DNA from: Nageia nagi
Taxonomy: Eukaryota > Plantae > Pinophyta
Reading direction: 5' to 3'
Assembly (NCBI GenBank): GCA_050084985.1
Contig: JBITNC010000001.1
Coordinates: 16,368,001-16,432,000 of the forward strand
DNA: 64,000 nt
A model generated the notes under the pieces. That model worked only from the letters and a program-made list of their open reading frames with translations, was not told the DNA's origin and did not search any database. How positions within the stretch are numbered: position 1 is the stretch's first letter; every line of letters begins with the position of its first letter. Of the stretch, positions 27,337 through 41,485 are shown in pieces. The position numbers were made by a program, and so were the translations under genes.

Positions 27337-29825
27337 ATATCTCATTCAAGAATAAAACATCTTGTTAAAGGTTGATTTTTTCCTTAATTTTGAGTAAAAA
27401 ATAAAAAAACTCTATGCTTAAAAATTACACTTAACGAGATTCTCCTTTTTTAATTTTTGATAAAGAGAAAAAAGAAATTTACCTTAAAAAGCATTTAGAA
27501 TCCCCTTTTTATAATAATACTTTCTCAAAAAATTGCTCAAAAATTATTACCTTGTTTAAAGATTTCCCCCACAACCCACGTGGCATCAACATACCTAGTC
27601 GAGCCCCTAGCTTGGGTTGGCCCTTTCGACACTTGAACTACGCCTCACACCCTGTGGTGCCCAAAATGCACCACCGACCATGCAACAAAATATGTCTTTT
27701 TGCTTGCTCCCAGCTCCACATGATCGTGCCATGCCCATCCTTAGTCTTGGTGGCCAAGTTCTAACCCTCAGTGCCCTGTTGGACTCACCCCCAATCCTAT
27801 GACTAGGTTTTGACTCCCAACACCAGGTTGAGCTTGCCCTTTTCCCCTATGACCAAGTTTCATCGCATGCCAACCATCGGCTCATGACCCTGCTCGTGCC
27901 GAGGATAGCCTAACCTGACTACCCATGATCCATCTGCTCTTCATGCCTAACACCAAGCTGATCACTTGCCCAACCATCCAACCTCCCATCTAGATAGGCC
28001 ATGCCCAAAGATGCCCAACCATTTATCAACCATCATTGACTCACAATGTCGATCGTCTCTCCAAGCAAACCATGCAGATCGACCATTACCAATGCATCAT
28101 CCCATACCAACCGTCTGGCCAAGTTCGCACATCCCTGAGTCCTTGCCCAGGACATCCTCATACCCATCATCCAAAACTTAGGATCAATCCTCTTAGATAG
28201 CCCGCACTAACGACCCACAACCTACTGCCATGCACCCAACGGTACCTTGACTTGCACATCTCGTGATGCCAATTGCCTTGGAAATCCCCCTGCCTTCCAG
28301 CTTGCCCATGCCCCATGGGCTCAAGGGTCCCCAACCAGACCTGTTCGAATGCCACCATCTCACCTAGCAAGGGTCCATGCTGCCAACCATGAGAATTCAA
28401 TTGACGTACTGATCTTAGACCTAGTCTTGATTGACCTTGCTTCCACGTTAGATCACCACATCGATAGAGCCAGGCCCCTCACAAGTTCGACCTCGATTGG
28501 CTAACAACCATCCAACTGTTCATCGAATGGGACATCACCTTCGAACATTATCTCAAGAGAAAACCCCCTTCCTTACCCACATGGTAGATCCAGTCTCTCA
28601 ATCAGACCCTAAGGATGGTATGCTCTAGTGGCCATAGATAGATCATCGAACATGCCGATGGATTTCTCCCTAGTTTCCTAGCTTGACCTTATGGTTTCCC
28701 ATAGCTTAGGTCCTCCATAAGACCCCTCTGATAGGTTAACATTGTGCGCATCCGATGAGCACCTCTTTACATCGTGTGCTCTTGACGAGATAACTTCTTT
28801 AATGTTGTGCACCCCTAATAAACCTAATAGGGGAGTTCCCCCACCATATACTCCCCCACTTGACTTGGCGATGCCCTCATTGCTAGTAAGACCTGGAGAG
28901 CCTATCGCACACCCACTCCTACCATAAACTTGGTGATCTGAAGCAACCTGTATAGACTTCTATCTAGACCACCTTACCTAGACCATCAACCTCCATTCGT
29001 TATCTGAACGACCAACTCAAGAATCCATTGCAAGGATCAATTTTTTTAAAAGCCCTCACACCCAGCATCCTACGTAGATCAATCATCTTGGGGCATCCTC
29101 ATGCCCGTTGTCCACTCCTTGGATCGGCCATCTTGGACCCCTCAAACCTTCCATCTACCAACTTGGATTAGTTATCTTGGATGAACTGCACCTTTGCATC
29201 CCACAAGCACACTCCCATCTGATCAACACATCTTGGCACAAATTGATGTCCGTTGACCCCTAACTTAGACCCCTCCAGACCCCTGACTTTATACTTTCCT
29301 TAAAAAAATCAACTCCCTTTTAAATAGCTCCCAATATTTTAAATAAACCCCTCCCAAAAAAAGTATTATTTAAAAATTTAACCAATATATATCTTCCTCC
29401 CCCTTTTTAAACAAAATATACATACTTTTTGTTAAAAAAAATTAACTCTCCATTTTTGAAAAGGAAATAAATAACTCCCCACTCTTTTTAAAAGTACCTC
29501 CCCCCAAAAAAATAATATAAAAGAGCTCACCAATAATTCTAATAGATAACTTCCCAAATAATATTATTTGTGAAAAAAGTACAAACTTTAAAGGAAATGT
29601 CCATCTCAATAATAAATATAGATAAGTCTTTTTCATACCAACTATAAGTGCAATTAATGCATTACTTAAGTTTCTTATTTTATTTATCAATTCCATCCAT
29701 CAAAACAAAGGGCAAAAATAATTTTATTAAAAAGGAAAAAAAGATTCCTTAAAGCTTGTGCTACTGCCACTAGACCTTGCAACAAAATTTATACATCTAT
29801 AAAAATTTGTATATATAAAAAATTT

Positions 29826-30330
29826 GAGGGGGAGGGAGTTGCATGCTGAAGTAGTTGGGGAGGCATGTGGGAGAGAGGAGGTTGCACAAGCAAGTAGAGA
29901 GGAGGGGAGCAGAGGGGGAGGTGTAGCCACATGTCAGCAGGGAGGAGGGGAGAGGAGAGGGAGATGTACTCGCATGGAGGCAGAGAGGATGGGGCGATGG
30001 ATAATTAGGGGGAGGTGGGGTCTATGGGAAGGGGGGTGTTGTGGGAGGTCATGAGGGTCATGTAAAAGGGAGGGGGATGAGGTGGGTTGTGAGGGAGGCA
30101 GAGGCTTATCAAGGAGTGAGGGGGGCATAGAGGGTTTATGCCAAGGGGGTTTGGTGGACAAAGGGGGATGGGATTTGGCAAGGTTGGGGATTAGAATGTA
30201 TGGGGAAAGGATAGGGTGGGTGCATTAGGAAGTGAGGGGAGAGATACATGTTAGTGACATGTGAGGGAGTGGGGGTGAGGTGGGGAAGGCATTAGGTGTG
30301 GGTGGGGGAGGCGGTGGATGGAAATGCCAT
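29826..30330 (+). other. Highly G/purine-rich tract with many GGG runs (G-quadruplex potential)
   Basis: Dense G3-G6 runs, flanked on both sides by very AT-rich DNA. Confidence 0.6.
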
Positions 30331-31110
30331 CAAAAGGAGCATAGGTCATCGAGCTGGCCTCTTTTTTTAAAATGTTTTTATTATTAAACAAACTTCTCAA
30401 AAGTTATTTTTTTATATTAAAAAAATTCTAACTACTTTTTGATGGATGTTCATATTTTTTCTTTATAAAATAAATGTTTTTTTTTGTTTATAAATATTAA
30501 AGAATGTATATTTTTTTATTAGAAAAAATATCCTAAAAAGAAAGACATACTTTTTATAAAATAAAAACTTCTCTTATTTTATTTATTTTTCTAATAATAT
30601 ACTATCATGTCTTAGAAAAAAGAGTAGGTTTTAACATATTAGCATAAAAAATATACTCTTTTTAAAAAATATACACATATACAATAATAACTTTTGTTTT
30701 TTTTTTAACAACTTTGTAAAAAAAAGTATTGCAATAATGATTTTTCTAAGATAAAGTTGTAAAAATAAAAAAAGATTTACAAATTTTACACAAATTGCAA
30801 CTAACATGGTTAGTATGTAAGAAAATGTATAACAATATATTATCATACCAAGCAATAATGTTAAGCTCTTCTTACACCAAAGAGCTATTTTACAACAAAT
30901 ATAAGTTTATTTTCAAAGAGAAGATTTAAATTAAATTTAGCAAAAATAGCTCCTATGTAAGATAAAAAGAAGCTTAAAAGAATTTAAAAATTTGCAAAAA
31001 TAGCTTTAAAATGAGAGGAAGAGAGTGAGAAAATTATACCTCAATATGATTTTACCTCTCAAAATTGAAACAAGAGTAGAGAAACCCCCAAGGAAGGCTA
31101 TGGTACCACT

Positions 31111-31652
31111 TGATGGAAGATAAATCCTTCTACACCCAAGATCATCGTGGAGAGATCTTCTACTTCTAAGCAACATCTGAAGAATATTTTCAATAAATTA
31201 ATCACACACACACAAGAGAGATATTGATATATAGTGGTTCCTCTCTATCAAGAGAATACTCCACTTTAAGCTTCATTCTATTACTTCTCAAGATTACAAG
31301 ACTCTTATAATGCTACACTAACATTCTCTCCTCCTATCCTTCTTCACATTAAGGGCATTACAATGCTTCAAACTAGAGTAAAGAATGCTTAAGGAGAGGC
31401 CTTAATTTATAGAAAAAAATCCCACTTTGGCTCACCCTTTTATCAAATTGTAATGCCATTATCTAAAGGATAAGAATAATCACATGTGGTGCAAGTTACA
31501 ATATTTAATTCACTAAGTACTTAAAAGGTATATAGGAATACTTTTAAGTATCTAGGGGATTAAATAGATAATTACATAAAGATAAAGAATATTATTCTTT
31601 AGATACCTTTCTAAAGAATAATTTATGCAATAGTGCATTACTAGTTCTAACA
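31111..31652 (-). repeat. 5' LTR of Copia A
   Basis: Direct repeat of 10643-11184, adjacent to the PBS-like sequence. Confidence 0.9.
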
Positions 31653-34600
31653 CCTTCTCCTAAGAGGTTTTGATAATGTGTCTAAAAGAGCACTTGGTAT
31701 TGTCTCTCTTCCAATCCAATTAGGATCAAGAATAATTTAGTCTTTATTCCATGTTATGATTGGTAAACTTTCCTAAAAGTTTCTCTTAGGGAGACCTTGT
31801 ATCCATAAGATGAGGGTAGTTCCATTCACCTTCACAATTACCTCATGTTTGAGTATGAAGGATAGATTTACACAGTGTCAATAGATCCTAAGCCTTATCT
31901 ACTATGCAATTTAGGAGATTTGGGTATTAAAGGATTATATATCCATTATATGAATTTGTTCAATGTTCCTCAAAAGGAGAAATAATGTGTTGGTGAAAGC
32001 AGACACATAAGCAAAGGTTACAGAGACTAGTATAGGCACGTACAAAATTTAGAACTTGGATCCCATGTCCTCCACCAAAGACCTTGAATGACCCAAAATA
32101 ATGCCAAAGGTTATAAAACAATGGTAAACTTGTAAAGTAAAAGATTATAAAGATGATTCTTCTAAAGCATTGCTAGTCAAGAAAGAGAAAAATATTTAAA
32201 TGTTGGGTTCAATAGACCAATAGATTATTTTGAATGGATGGTTAACATAGTTCTTATTATAAATCCAAATGGAGAAATAAGGATTTCTATTGACTTTAGA
32301 GATATTAATAATGCTTTTGCAAAAGATTACTTCCCTTTGCCAAACATTAATATGATTATATATAACATAGTTGGTCATGATACTTTATCTTTTATGGATA
32401 GATTTTCTTATGATAATCAAATATTGATTAACCCAATTGACCAACACAAAACAACCTTCACTACTCCATGGGGAAAATTTTGTTGGAAGGTGGTCTTAAA
32501 AACGCAAGAGCCACTTACCAATGTGACATGTTATCTATGCTTTATGAGAACATTCACAAGTTAGTTGAGGTCTATGTTGATGATATTTTGGTTAAGTCCA
32601 AGCAAGTCCAGATAAATTGTAGCTACTACATGAGGTATTTAACATTATTGAAAAATATAATCTTATATTGAAACCACAAAAATGTGATTTTGGTGTTACT
32701 TTAAGAAAATTGTTGGATTTTATGGTTTCAAAAAGAGGAATTGAGATTGATCCCAAAAAGGTAAAACCCATCATTAGTATGTTACATCCCAAAAATCTAA
32801 AGCAACTAAGAAGTCTCCAAGGAAAAATTAATTTGGTAAAAATATTTATTTCTCAGCTTGGTGATAAATGCATGCATTCTATTCATTTTCTTAAGTATGT
32901 CAAGTTTGTATAAGATGATAACTATTAAAAAGCATTTGAATATATCAAGCAATATTTTCTTATTCCTTCTATTCTAGTTCCAATGTATTTTGCAAAGGAA
33001 GCATATATTTATATTTAAGCTACAATATTTTCTTTGGGAGCAATGCTCTATTAGCAGGATGAACATCTCAAAGAAAGGATTATATACTACCTCAATAAAA
33101 CTCTTTTGTACCATGAAACAAGATACACTCCATGGAAAAACTTTATCTTGGAATTATCTTTGCTACTAAAAAGTTAAGGCATTATCTTTTGTATTGTACC
33201 ACATATAGTGTTAGTCTTATCAATCCTTTGAAATACATCATGGTCAAGCAACATATTTTAAGAAGGGAAGCAAAGTCACGGATGATGCTATTACAAGAAT
33301 TTGATATTAATATGGTTAAATAAAAGTTTGTTAAGGGAAAGTACATTGCAAATATGATATATTAATTCCCCTAGAATGATGGCATTGTGATATATGAACA
33401 ATTCGTAGATGATTATTAGTTGTATTGACCATTATAGTAGTGTACACGTCATGCAAAAAGGTGCCCATGCCATTTTGGTGATCAATGGGAGATCCCTGAT
33501 AAGTACGTATACTTCACATAAAACTAGAATCAGTACTTTACATTTTATTTTGATAGATAAAAGTGCACATATGGAGCAGGGGAAAGTATCATACTTGTTT
33601 CATATCCTAATGATGTGATTTCCATGGCTTCCAAACTTGGTTTCAAATGCACTAACAATATGGCATAGTATGAGGCATTGATCTTGGGCTTAAAAGTTAT
33701 TGTGGTTCTTAAAATTAAGGACTTGAAAATATATGGTGATTCACAACTTGTCATTAATCTAATTATATTTACAACATAGATAGTTGCATCTATACAAAGA
33801 AGTGATTTCTCAATTGATTGATCATTTTGAAACATACATCATTGAGAATATTCCTAGAACCAATAATAGATATGGAGATGTCATGGCAAGTGAAACATCC
33901 TTAGCACCCATTGAGATAGAAGATGAAGAGACAATTCTCACAATCAAGAAGTTAGTTATTCCTTCTTATAGTGATTGTAATCATGTTGATCATTTCTATG
34001 AAATATATTATGTTATATCTCAAGAAGGTGCTACTCCATCATGGTATTCAAATATTTATAGTTACTTGAAGGATCAAATAATTCCTCAATATTTTGATAG
34101 AAATGAAAGAATTAGATTGAAAAGAACAACTCTCAAGTATGTTAATATTGGTTATGTGTTGTATATAAGATCATTTGATGCCTCACGCATCAAGAAACTA
34201 TTGAGCAAGCACACGAGGGGTTATGTGGGGGCATTTCTTTGCCAAGTCATTATATACAAAAATTTTACGTATTGGATACTATTGACCATCCATGGAGAAT
34301 TATTACAAGGAGCATGTTAAAGACTATTTACAATGTCATAAATAATACAATCTTGAGAGGATTCCATCATAAGAACTCAATCTCATAGTCACACCATAAC
34401 CATTTATAGTTTGGGACATTAATTTAATTGGCATCATCAATCCACATTCTAAAGAAGGGCATAAATTCATAATCATAGCCACAAAATTCACAACCAAATG
34501 GGTAAAAGTTATACCAATGAAGTCAGTTTTCCAAGAAAAGATCATCAATTTCTTTATTGAAAATATCATCACAATATTTAGCATGCCACAACGATTGATT

Positions 34601-34905
34601 ATGGATAATGATCCAAAATTCAAAGGTAAGGAAATGGAGGCTTTATGTATGAAGTTTTATATTACTAAAAAAAAATTCTTCTATTTATTATCCACAAGGT
34701 AATGGTAAAATTGAAGCTTCTAACAAGACCATTAAGAGAATCCTATCAAATACATGGAATAGATATAAGAAAGATTGGCATGAACAACTGCCATATGCAC
34801 TATGGGCATATAGAACTAGCATCAAAACTACTATTGGGGCAACACCATTTTCTTCAATTTATGGTAATGAGGCTATTGTAGCACTTGAATTGGAGATTCC
34901 CTTAC
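31653..34905 (+). mobile_element. Tat-type Ty3/gypsy relic, part 2: protease end, RT, RNase H, additional RNase H, integrase
   Basis: Protease LLRGFDNVSKRALG; RT IDFRDINNAFAKDYFPLPNI..TTFTTPWG..EVYVDDILVKS; RNase H MEKLYLGIIFATKKLRHY. A second RNase H reads FKCTNNMA*YEALILGLK..IYGDSQLVI, and integrase reads MPQRLIMDN..DWHEQLPYALWAYRT. The extra RNase H is diagnostic of Tat lineages. Confidence 0.88.
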
Positions 34906-35806
34906 TAACGAGAAGTATAATATTACTTTCATTGATTAAAAATGAAATCTTAACATACATATATAGGATTTGGACAATATTAAATATGGACTCAACTAAA
35001 AATAGACTCAGGTTGGATAATCACAACTTGTTAAAATCCAATCCAAAAAGCTAACTAGAAGTTCTAAAAATATCTTAAGATGATAGACATCAACTAGGTT
35101 AATAAACACTCAAAATAACAATTACTTAATCTAAATTGAGAGCAAAAAATGACAACCTACAAATGTTAAATTTAGGCATGCAAAGATTGGAAATTTTATA
35201 GGAAAATGACCAAGATGATGGCCAAACCTTCAATAAAAGTAGGAATATGTATACTTATTGGAGAGGTATCATCAATGACTATCCAATGCAAAATGAATCA
35301 GCTCAATTGGATGTCTCTAGAAAATGTTATGTCTTCTCAAAGATGATCAATCTGTTGAGCAAGTCTAGTTGATAGATAATTGGTTTGATCTTCAACTCTA
35401 AATAGTACTTGATTGAGTTCAAGTTCCAATATTCTCCCCTTTGATGTCAAAAGGACTCTTTTAGGAGTTTAGAAGCATCAAAAACTTGGAAGAAACTTAA
35501 TCTTTTTTGTTTCCTCCAATCTTTCAACAAGAAATCAAAGAACACAAAAAAATCATATATGCACTCCTTCCAACTTTGATATGAGATCTCCTCAATCTCT
35601 AATGCTTCTCCTTCTTGCGGATAAATGAGTACCTCATTTTGATGAGCTACTCCCCTTCCATCAAAAACTTATTATATTGATATAATACTAATAACAATGG
35701 TTCTCATAAACCATTCTTACTCATTTTTTCTTATGTTTGTACACTTTTCTTCCCAAGTGGCATTTTTACAATAATTAATCATCTCACATAGATGATTAAA
35801 CCATAT

Positions 35807-38800
35807 TGAAGGAACTAACACTAAGAAGATAATTCTTAAACAACCAAATTCATATAAAAGTTCTCAATTCACATTTAACTATCACACAAAGCAATCTCAC
35901 AAAAATAACACAAGATGTAAGTGGTTCCTCTAACTAGGAGTACATCCACTAACTAGATCTTTACTTCAATCATAAATACAACTCTCTTACAATTCTCCTA
36001 ATCTCAACTCCTACACTTCTATCCTATAGCATAACTTTACTCCACAATTGATGTGTGATCAAAAAGGAGCTTTCTATTTATAGACCAAAATCCTTCTTTG
36101 GATCACTTTTTTATCCAATGTACAATAGCATGACATGCACATCCTTTTATCCAAGGGCCATGCTCATGACATGGAGTGTAAGACAAGTTACATTATCATA
36201 TTCACTTAAATATTTAAGGTATCAAATGATACCATTAAGTATTAGTGAATTTACATAAAAGATTATTAGAAAACCTTTACAATAATGCATTATACATTCC
36301 AACACTCTTCTTTAATGCAATATTGGGATAGAGCGAGTAAGACAAAAGAAGAGAAAGTAAGAGAGTTCTCTTCCAAATAGATACAATAGAAATAAGAACT
36401 TTTTACATATTTATGAAGAAATATTTAATTTGAGATTCACTACTTTACCAAATACAATCAGTAACCATAATCAGTTTCAATGTACATGAAGTAGTCATCC
36501 AATTGGAAGTCATGAAGAGTCTCCTAGAGCCTGTATACTTGAGGTAAGTAACTTGCAATATCAAAAGAACCTGCAAGTTATAAGCAACTTAAATAACAAA
36601 ATCAATTAGATGCAACATATTCATCTCATCAAGGATAGATGAATCACACATATACCATCATGAACTGATCAATGGTGCACTATAAGTCATCACGAAGATG
36701 CCATGCCAAAAAACTTAGTCACTTGTTGTATATAAAAACATGTGTTGATTACAAAATAGAGCATGCACATATGAGTTTCTCACATATGGATAATTGAACA
36801 ATGTCAAAAAATACATAAGAGTTCCTCACATATGGATAACTTAACAGTGCTAGATTGATCAAAATAGAGCATGCACATACGAGCTTCTCACATATGGATA
36901 ACTAAATAGTGCTAAAAGACACATAAGAGTTCCTCACATATGGATAATTGAACAATGCTAGAATGGTCAATTTGTACAAATTTCTCATGCATAGCAAACT
37001 TACCACGAAGGTGTACAACAAAATTAACACTATACAGTACAAAATTCTCATAGGAATGAAGTTATCATCACAAATATAAATTCAACATAAGAATTCAAAT
37101 TTCACTCCCTCTTAAAGGTAACTTCACTAACTCGATAGCATCCCTAAGGTTAAAGAATTGAGCTTTCAGGATGGGTTTGGTGAACAAATCAGTGGAGTTC
37201 AAGGTGGATGGACAATACTCTAGGTGTATGATGCCATCAAGAACCTTTTTTTTGATAAAATGGGCATGGAATTCCACATGTTTTATTCTCTAATAGAATA
37301 CATGATTTTTAGCTAAAGAAATAGCCGATTGATTGTCTAAAAAAATCAAAGATGAGCCACCTTGTTCATACCTAATTTCTTTTAGAAGATGGCTTAGCTA
37401 AATGGCTTCCTAGGCTGCAATAGACATGGCATGATATTTGACTTTTGTGATGGAAAGAGAAATAGTAGGTTGCTTCTTGGAAGCTTAAGAGATAGCATCT
37501 AAACCAATACTAAACACATACACAGAGGTTGACTTCCTATCATTTCTATTTTTTTCATAGTCAAAATCTAAGAATCTAGAGAGAACAAACGAAGGCAACT
37601 TGGAATACTTGAGAGCAAGATCCTTAGTCTCTGCAACATACCTCAAGATTTGCTTAATAGCATTGAAATGCTCCACATATAGTTTCTATATGAATCATAC
37701 CATCAGATTCATTGCAAAAGTAATATCTAACCTGAATATAGTCAAATACAAAAGATTACTAATTAATTTTCTGTAAGTTATAGCATTAGCCAACTAAGAG
37801 TTGGAGCTTAAAGAAATAGTGATTCTAAAAGAGACTAAGATTGTAGCATATCTACATTTCTCTATTTCAAACTTCTACAAGATATCTGATATATACTTAG
37901 ATTGATTGAAATAAGTACAATATTTGTATTAATACACTTGCATTCCAAGATAGTAGTGTAAGAGACCAAAATCAATCATTTCAAATGTTGCCTTAAGTTT
38001 GGATACGCACTCTTGAATGATTTCATCATTATTCTTAGTTATCAAAAGATCATCCACATAAAGGAGAATCAAAACCATGTCTTTTCTTTGATTGAGCACA
38101 TATAGATTAGAATCAGAAAAATATTTAAAGAATTCAATATTTGCAAAGTACCTTAAAATCTTTTTGTAAAAAGCTCGAAGTGCTCACTTAAGTCCATACA
38201 ATGACTTCTTTAGCTTGCACACAAAAGACTCTTTGCCTTCCACAATAAACCCTTCTGGTTGATTCATGAAGATTTTTACATTAAGTCACCATTGAGAAAT
38301 GCACTTTTGACATCAAGTTGAATTTTTTTTATTTTTGAGTTTTAGAAAGAGCAAAGATAACTCTCATAGTAGGCATCTTTGCCATGGAAGCAAAGATTTT
38401 CTTATAATCTACATTGTATTTCTAAGTAAAACATTTAGCTACTAACCTTGCCTTATATTTCTCAATATCTCCAACTGAATTGAACTTGATCTTGTAGATC
38501 CACTTATTTCCAATCACATTCTTTTCATTAAGATAAGAAACTAAATCCTAAGTCTTATTTTTTATAAGCACCTCATACTCCACTTTCATGGCTTCCATAC
38601 AACACTCGTGTCTTAGAAGCTTTTTTGAAAGTTGAAGGCTCATGCTTATTATCAATCTTGGTAATTAAAGATTTGCTCAAGGTCATGCTCCTTGTTAGCC
38701 TTTGAGTTGAAAAGTTTTATTCCTAAATGACTTATCTAGATCAATATCTAACCAGTTAGGAGCAATTGAAGATTTCTCTAGATCATCAACATCCTTATTA

Positions 38801-41130
38801 GAAGCTAATTCTTCAAGAAGTTCATTGAATTTTACATCTTTTAAAATAAACACGACTTTATAAGATGAAAAGTAGAGCCTATAACCTCTATGCTAAGTGT
38901 CATAACTTATAAAGATGCATTTTTTTTGTTTTTTTATCCAATTTCTTCTTTTTCTCAAAAATAATACAGGAGAATGCTTCACAACCAAACACCCTAAGGT
39001 GAGAAATGTTAGATTTTCTTTTTGACCAAGCCTTAAAAAGATTTTTAGTCTAAATTGCTTTTATGGAACACCTATTCAAGGTGTAAATAGTAGTGCTTAT
39101 AGCTTCATCTCATAAGAATTTAAGAAGATTACCCAACATGCATCTACCATTTTCATAATTATTTTATTTTTTATTTCAATAACACCATTCTGCTGAAGAG
39201 TGTATGGAATTATAAATTGCCTCTTAATTCCATACTTAGCACAATAGTCATTGAACTCATTGTTGTTATATTCTTTCCCATTATCTAATTTCAATATTTT
39301 GATTTTAAAGTTAGTTTGATTCTCAACAAAGGCCTTAAAAATCTTAAAACTTTTAAAAGTTTGGTCTTTATGCTTAAGTAGATACCCAAAGGTCATCCTA
39401 CTAAAGTCATCAATGAAAGTCAAGACGTAAGATGCTCCTTCAAGCGACTTAGTCTGAAATGGATCCATTAAATCTGAATGCACAAGTTGAAAAGGTTGAG
39501 ATGCTCTTGTTGCTTTATCTTTTTCAAACTTTTATCTATGCATCTTACCAAGAATGCACTTCTCACATAGACCAATCGAATGAGAAATTAAAGGAAAACC
39601 TTCTACAAATTTTTGGTCTTTCATGACTTGAATACTCTTGTGGTTAAGGTGCCTTAAATGATGGTGCTAAAGATTACCTTTAGAACACACACTAAAAGCA
39701 AGACATATCTTTGATAGAACTTGATCTACAATGTAAAAGTTATCTTTCACAGATCTTTTAACCAATATGGTAAATTCTTTCTTAATGCACTAAGATTGAA
39801 AGTCGAACTCAAAAAAATACCCTTTTCTAATAACTTAGATCATGGAGAGAAAGTTCATCCTTAACTTAGGACCATAGAGAATATTTTCAAGAACTTTTCC
39901 ATGAATCAACACATTTCCAATTTCTTGGATTTTATTGATGGAGCTATCACCTATCACAACGTATCTTTTTTATACTTTGAAAGTTCTCAAACTTTTTCTT
40001 TTCAAAGCATAGGTGATTAATACAACCAGAATCAACAATCCATTTAGATGAAAAAAAGCGAGACATAAGTAGAACGTCGTAGTAAAACTAACATAAATAT
40101 CCTTCTTTCCTTTATAGTTCTTTACATTTTCATTACCTTTGTTCTTTTTCTCTTTTTTTTTATAGCAATCAACTTCTTTGTGACCTTGGATGCCATAATA
40201 GTTACAATTACCATCAAATTTTTTTTTAGGATATGGATTATTTGCTTTGTTTTTTTCTTCTCTTTATTTGAAATGGTTGTTGTTGTCGTTGTTCCTGTTG
40301 CTGTGGTTGTTGTTTCTGTTGTTCCTATTGCTGTTGTAGCCATTGCCTCTTTCCTCAAATCTTTTGAAGGAAGAAGGATAAGATTTCTTTTGATGGTTGA
40401 ACTTCTTGAAAGGAGTTTTGATTGCTCCAAAAGCAACGTTATTATCCTTAGAAGAAGAAATCAACATTTTATTACTAAGAATTTTCTCATACTTCAAAAG
40501 GTACTTTGAAAGGTTTTCAAAGGAAAAGACTTCTTCATCATCAAACTTTAGTTTCATAACCGTTACAAAGTTTTCAAACTTTGAAGAAAAACTTTGAAGA
40601 ATGATGAAGACCATGAACTCATCATTGATCCAATTGCACCCATAAGCAATAAGTTGGATCTTTAAGTCAATAATTTTATTCAAGTAAATAGCCATATTTT
40701 TATCTTCCCTTTGACAAGATTGAAGTAACTTTTGGAGTATAGTAAACCTTCTTGAAAAGTTTGAACCAAAGTAGATTTGCTTAAACTTATCCCATGTTTC
40801 TTTTGTTGAGGTTGAAGCAAAAATCATAAAAAGCTACATCATCTGAAATTGCACGGTAAATCATGGAGGTTGCTAACTCATTCTTTATGTTGTAAACCTC
40901 TAGTGTCTTCTTATTTGTAGGAGGTACAAAGTTTTCATTCACTATTTGCCAAAACTTCCTTGCTTGCAATTTAGCTCTTATATGTGGTTTCCAAATCTCA
41001 TAGTTGGAACCATCAAGAATGTGTTTGGGTAAAAATGATTCTCTCATTTGCTTCTCTTGTGTTTACTATAAACAAGAAAAGTAAACCTCAAAAAATATTG
41101 AAGGAAAGCTTCCACACTTAGCTTTGATAA
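35807..41130 (-). mobile_element. Ty1/copia element E (related to A), 3' LTR present, 5' LTR missing
   Basis: LTR 35807-36304 with adjacent PPT. Gag starts at 41047 (ILDGSNYEIW, UBN2-like), followed by integrase (HSDLMDPF..FIDDFSR..QQNGV), RT and RNase H (37095-37700). A PBS remnant GCTTTGATA lies at 41121-41129, with no LTR beyond it. Confidence 0.88.
36755..36962. repeat. Tandem repeats in 3' UTR of Copia E (core CTCACATATGGATAA), 4 units
   Basis: Core seen four times. Related degenerate units lie at ~11670-11850 in the 3' UTR of Copia A. Confidence 0.8.
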
Positions 41131-41485
41131 TTTTTAAACAATCAAGATCACATAAAAGCTCTTAATTCACATGTAAATAAGATTATATGGGACTTCTGAT
41201 GTTGTCAACTAATATAAAAGATCATTCTAAGAAATGCATTATAAGCATCACCATAATAACACATGCAATTATCATACAATCTTTGATATCAAATAGTTGC
41301 CAAAATTTACGAACTGTTAAAATTGATGTTCTCTTGCCTTTTTTGTTTGTGTTTTTTTCAAGAATATAGATTGAGAAAGTGAATTGGTAAAAGAAATAGG
41401 AAAATTCACACATATCTGGTGCACTTGTTTTCTCGCATTCATTAAATTGTTCCGTAATTCAGAAAAATGTTTGAATAATTTGCAG

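Larger units (their letters stand above)
10643..31652 (-). mobile_element. Ty1/copia element A (21 kb with nested insertions), inserted in the Tat protease
   Basis: LTRs 10643-11184 and 31111-31652 (TG..CA, ~542 bp); TSD CCTTT/CCTTC. PPT next to 11185; degenerate Met-i PBS at ~31098-31110. RNase H/RT remnants at ~11950-12856 and 18253-18880 (DYEETFA, FQLDMKS, CKLKKSL, YYLGMQV). Confidence 0.88.

Noticed and set aside
29727-30161. Pro-rich and Gly-rich ORFs as extensin-like genes
   Set aside because: Compositional artefacts of the G-rich tract, with no splice or domain support.
34906-35806. Segment between the Tat integrase and the Copia E LTR
   Set aside because: Probably another TE fragment, but no termini or motifs could be identified.
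40180-40509. Val-rich transmembrane-looking ORF
   Set aside because: Antisense reading of the Asn/Arg-rich repeat in Copia E gag.
41222-41413. Conserved small protein also at 45318-45500
   Set aside because: Intronic sequence mirrored by the inverted duplication.
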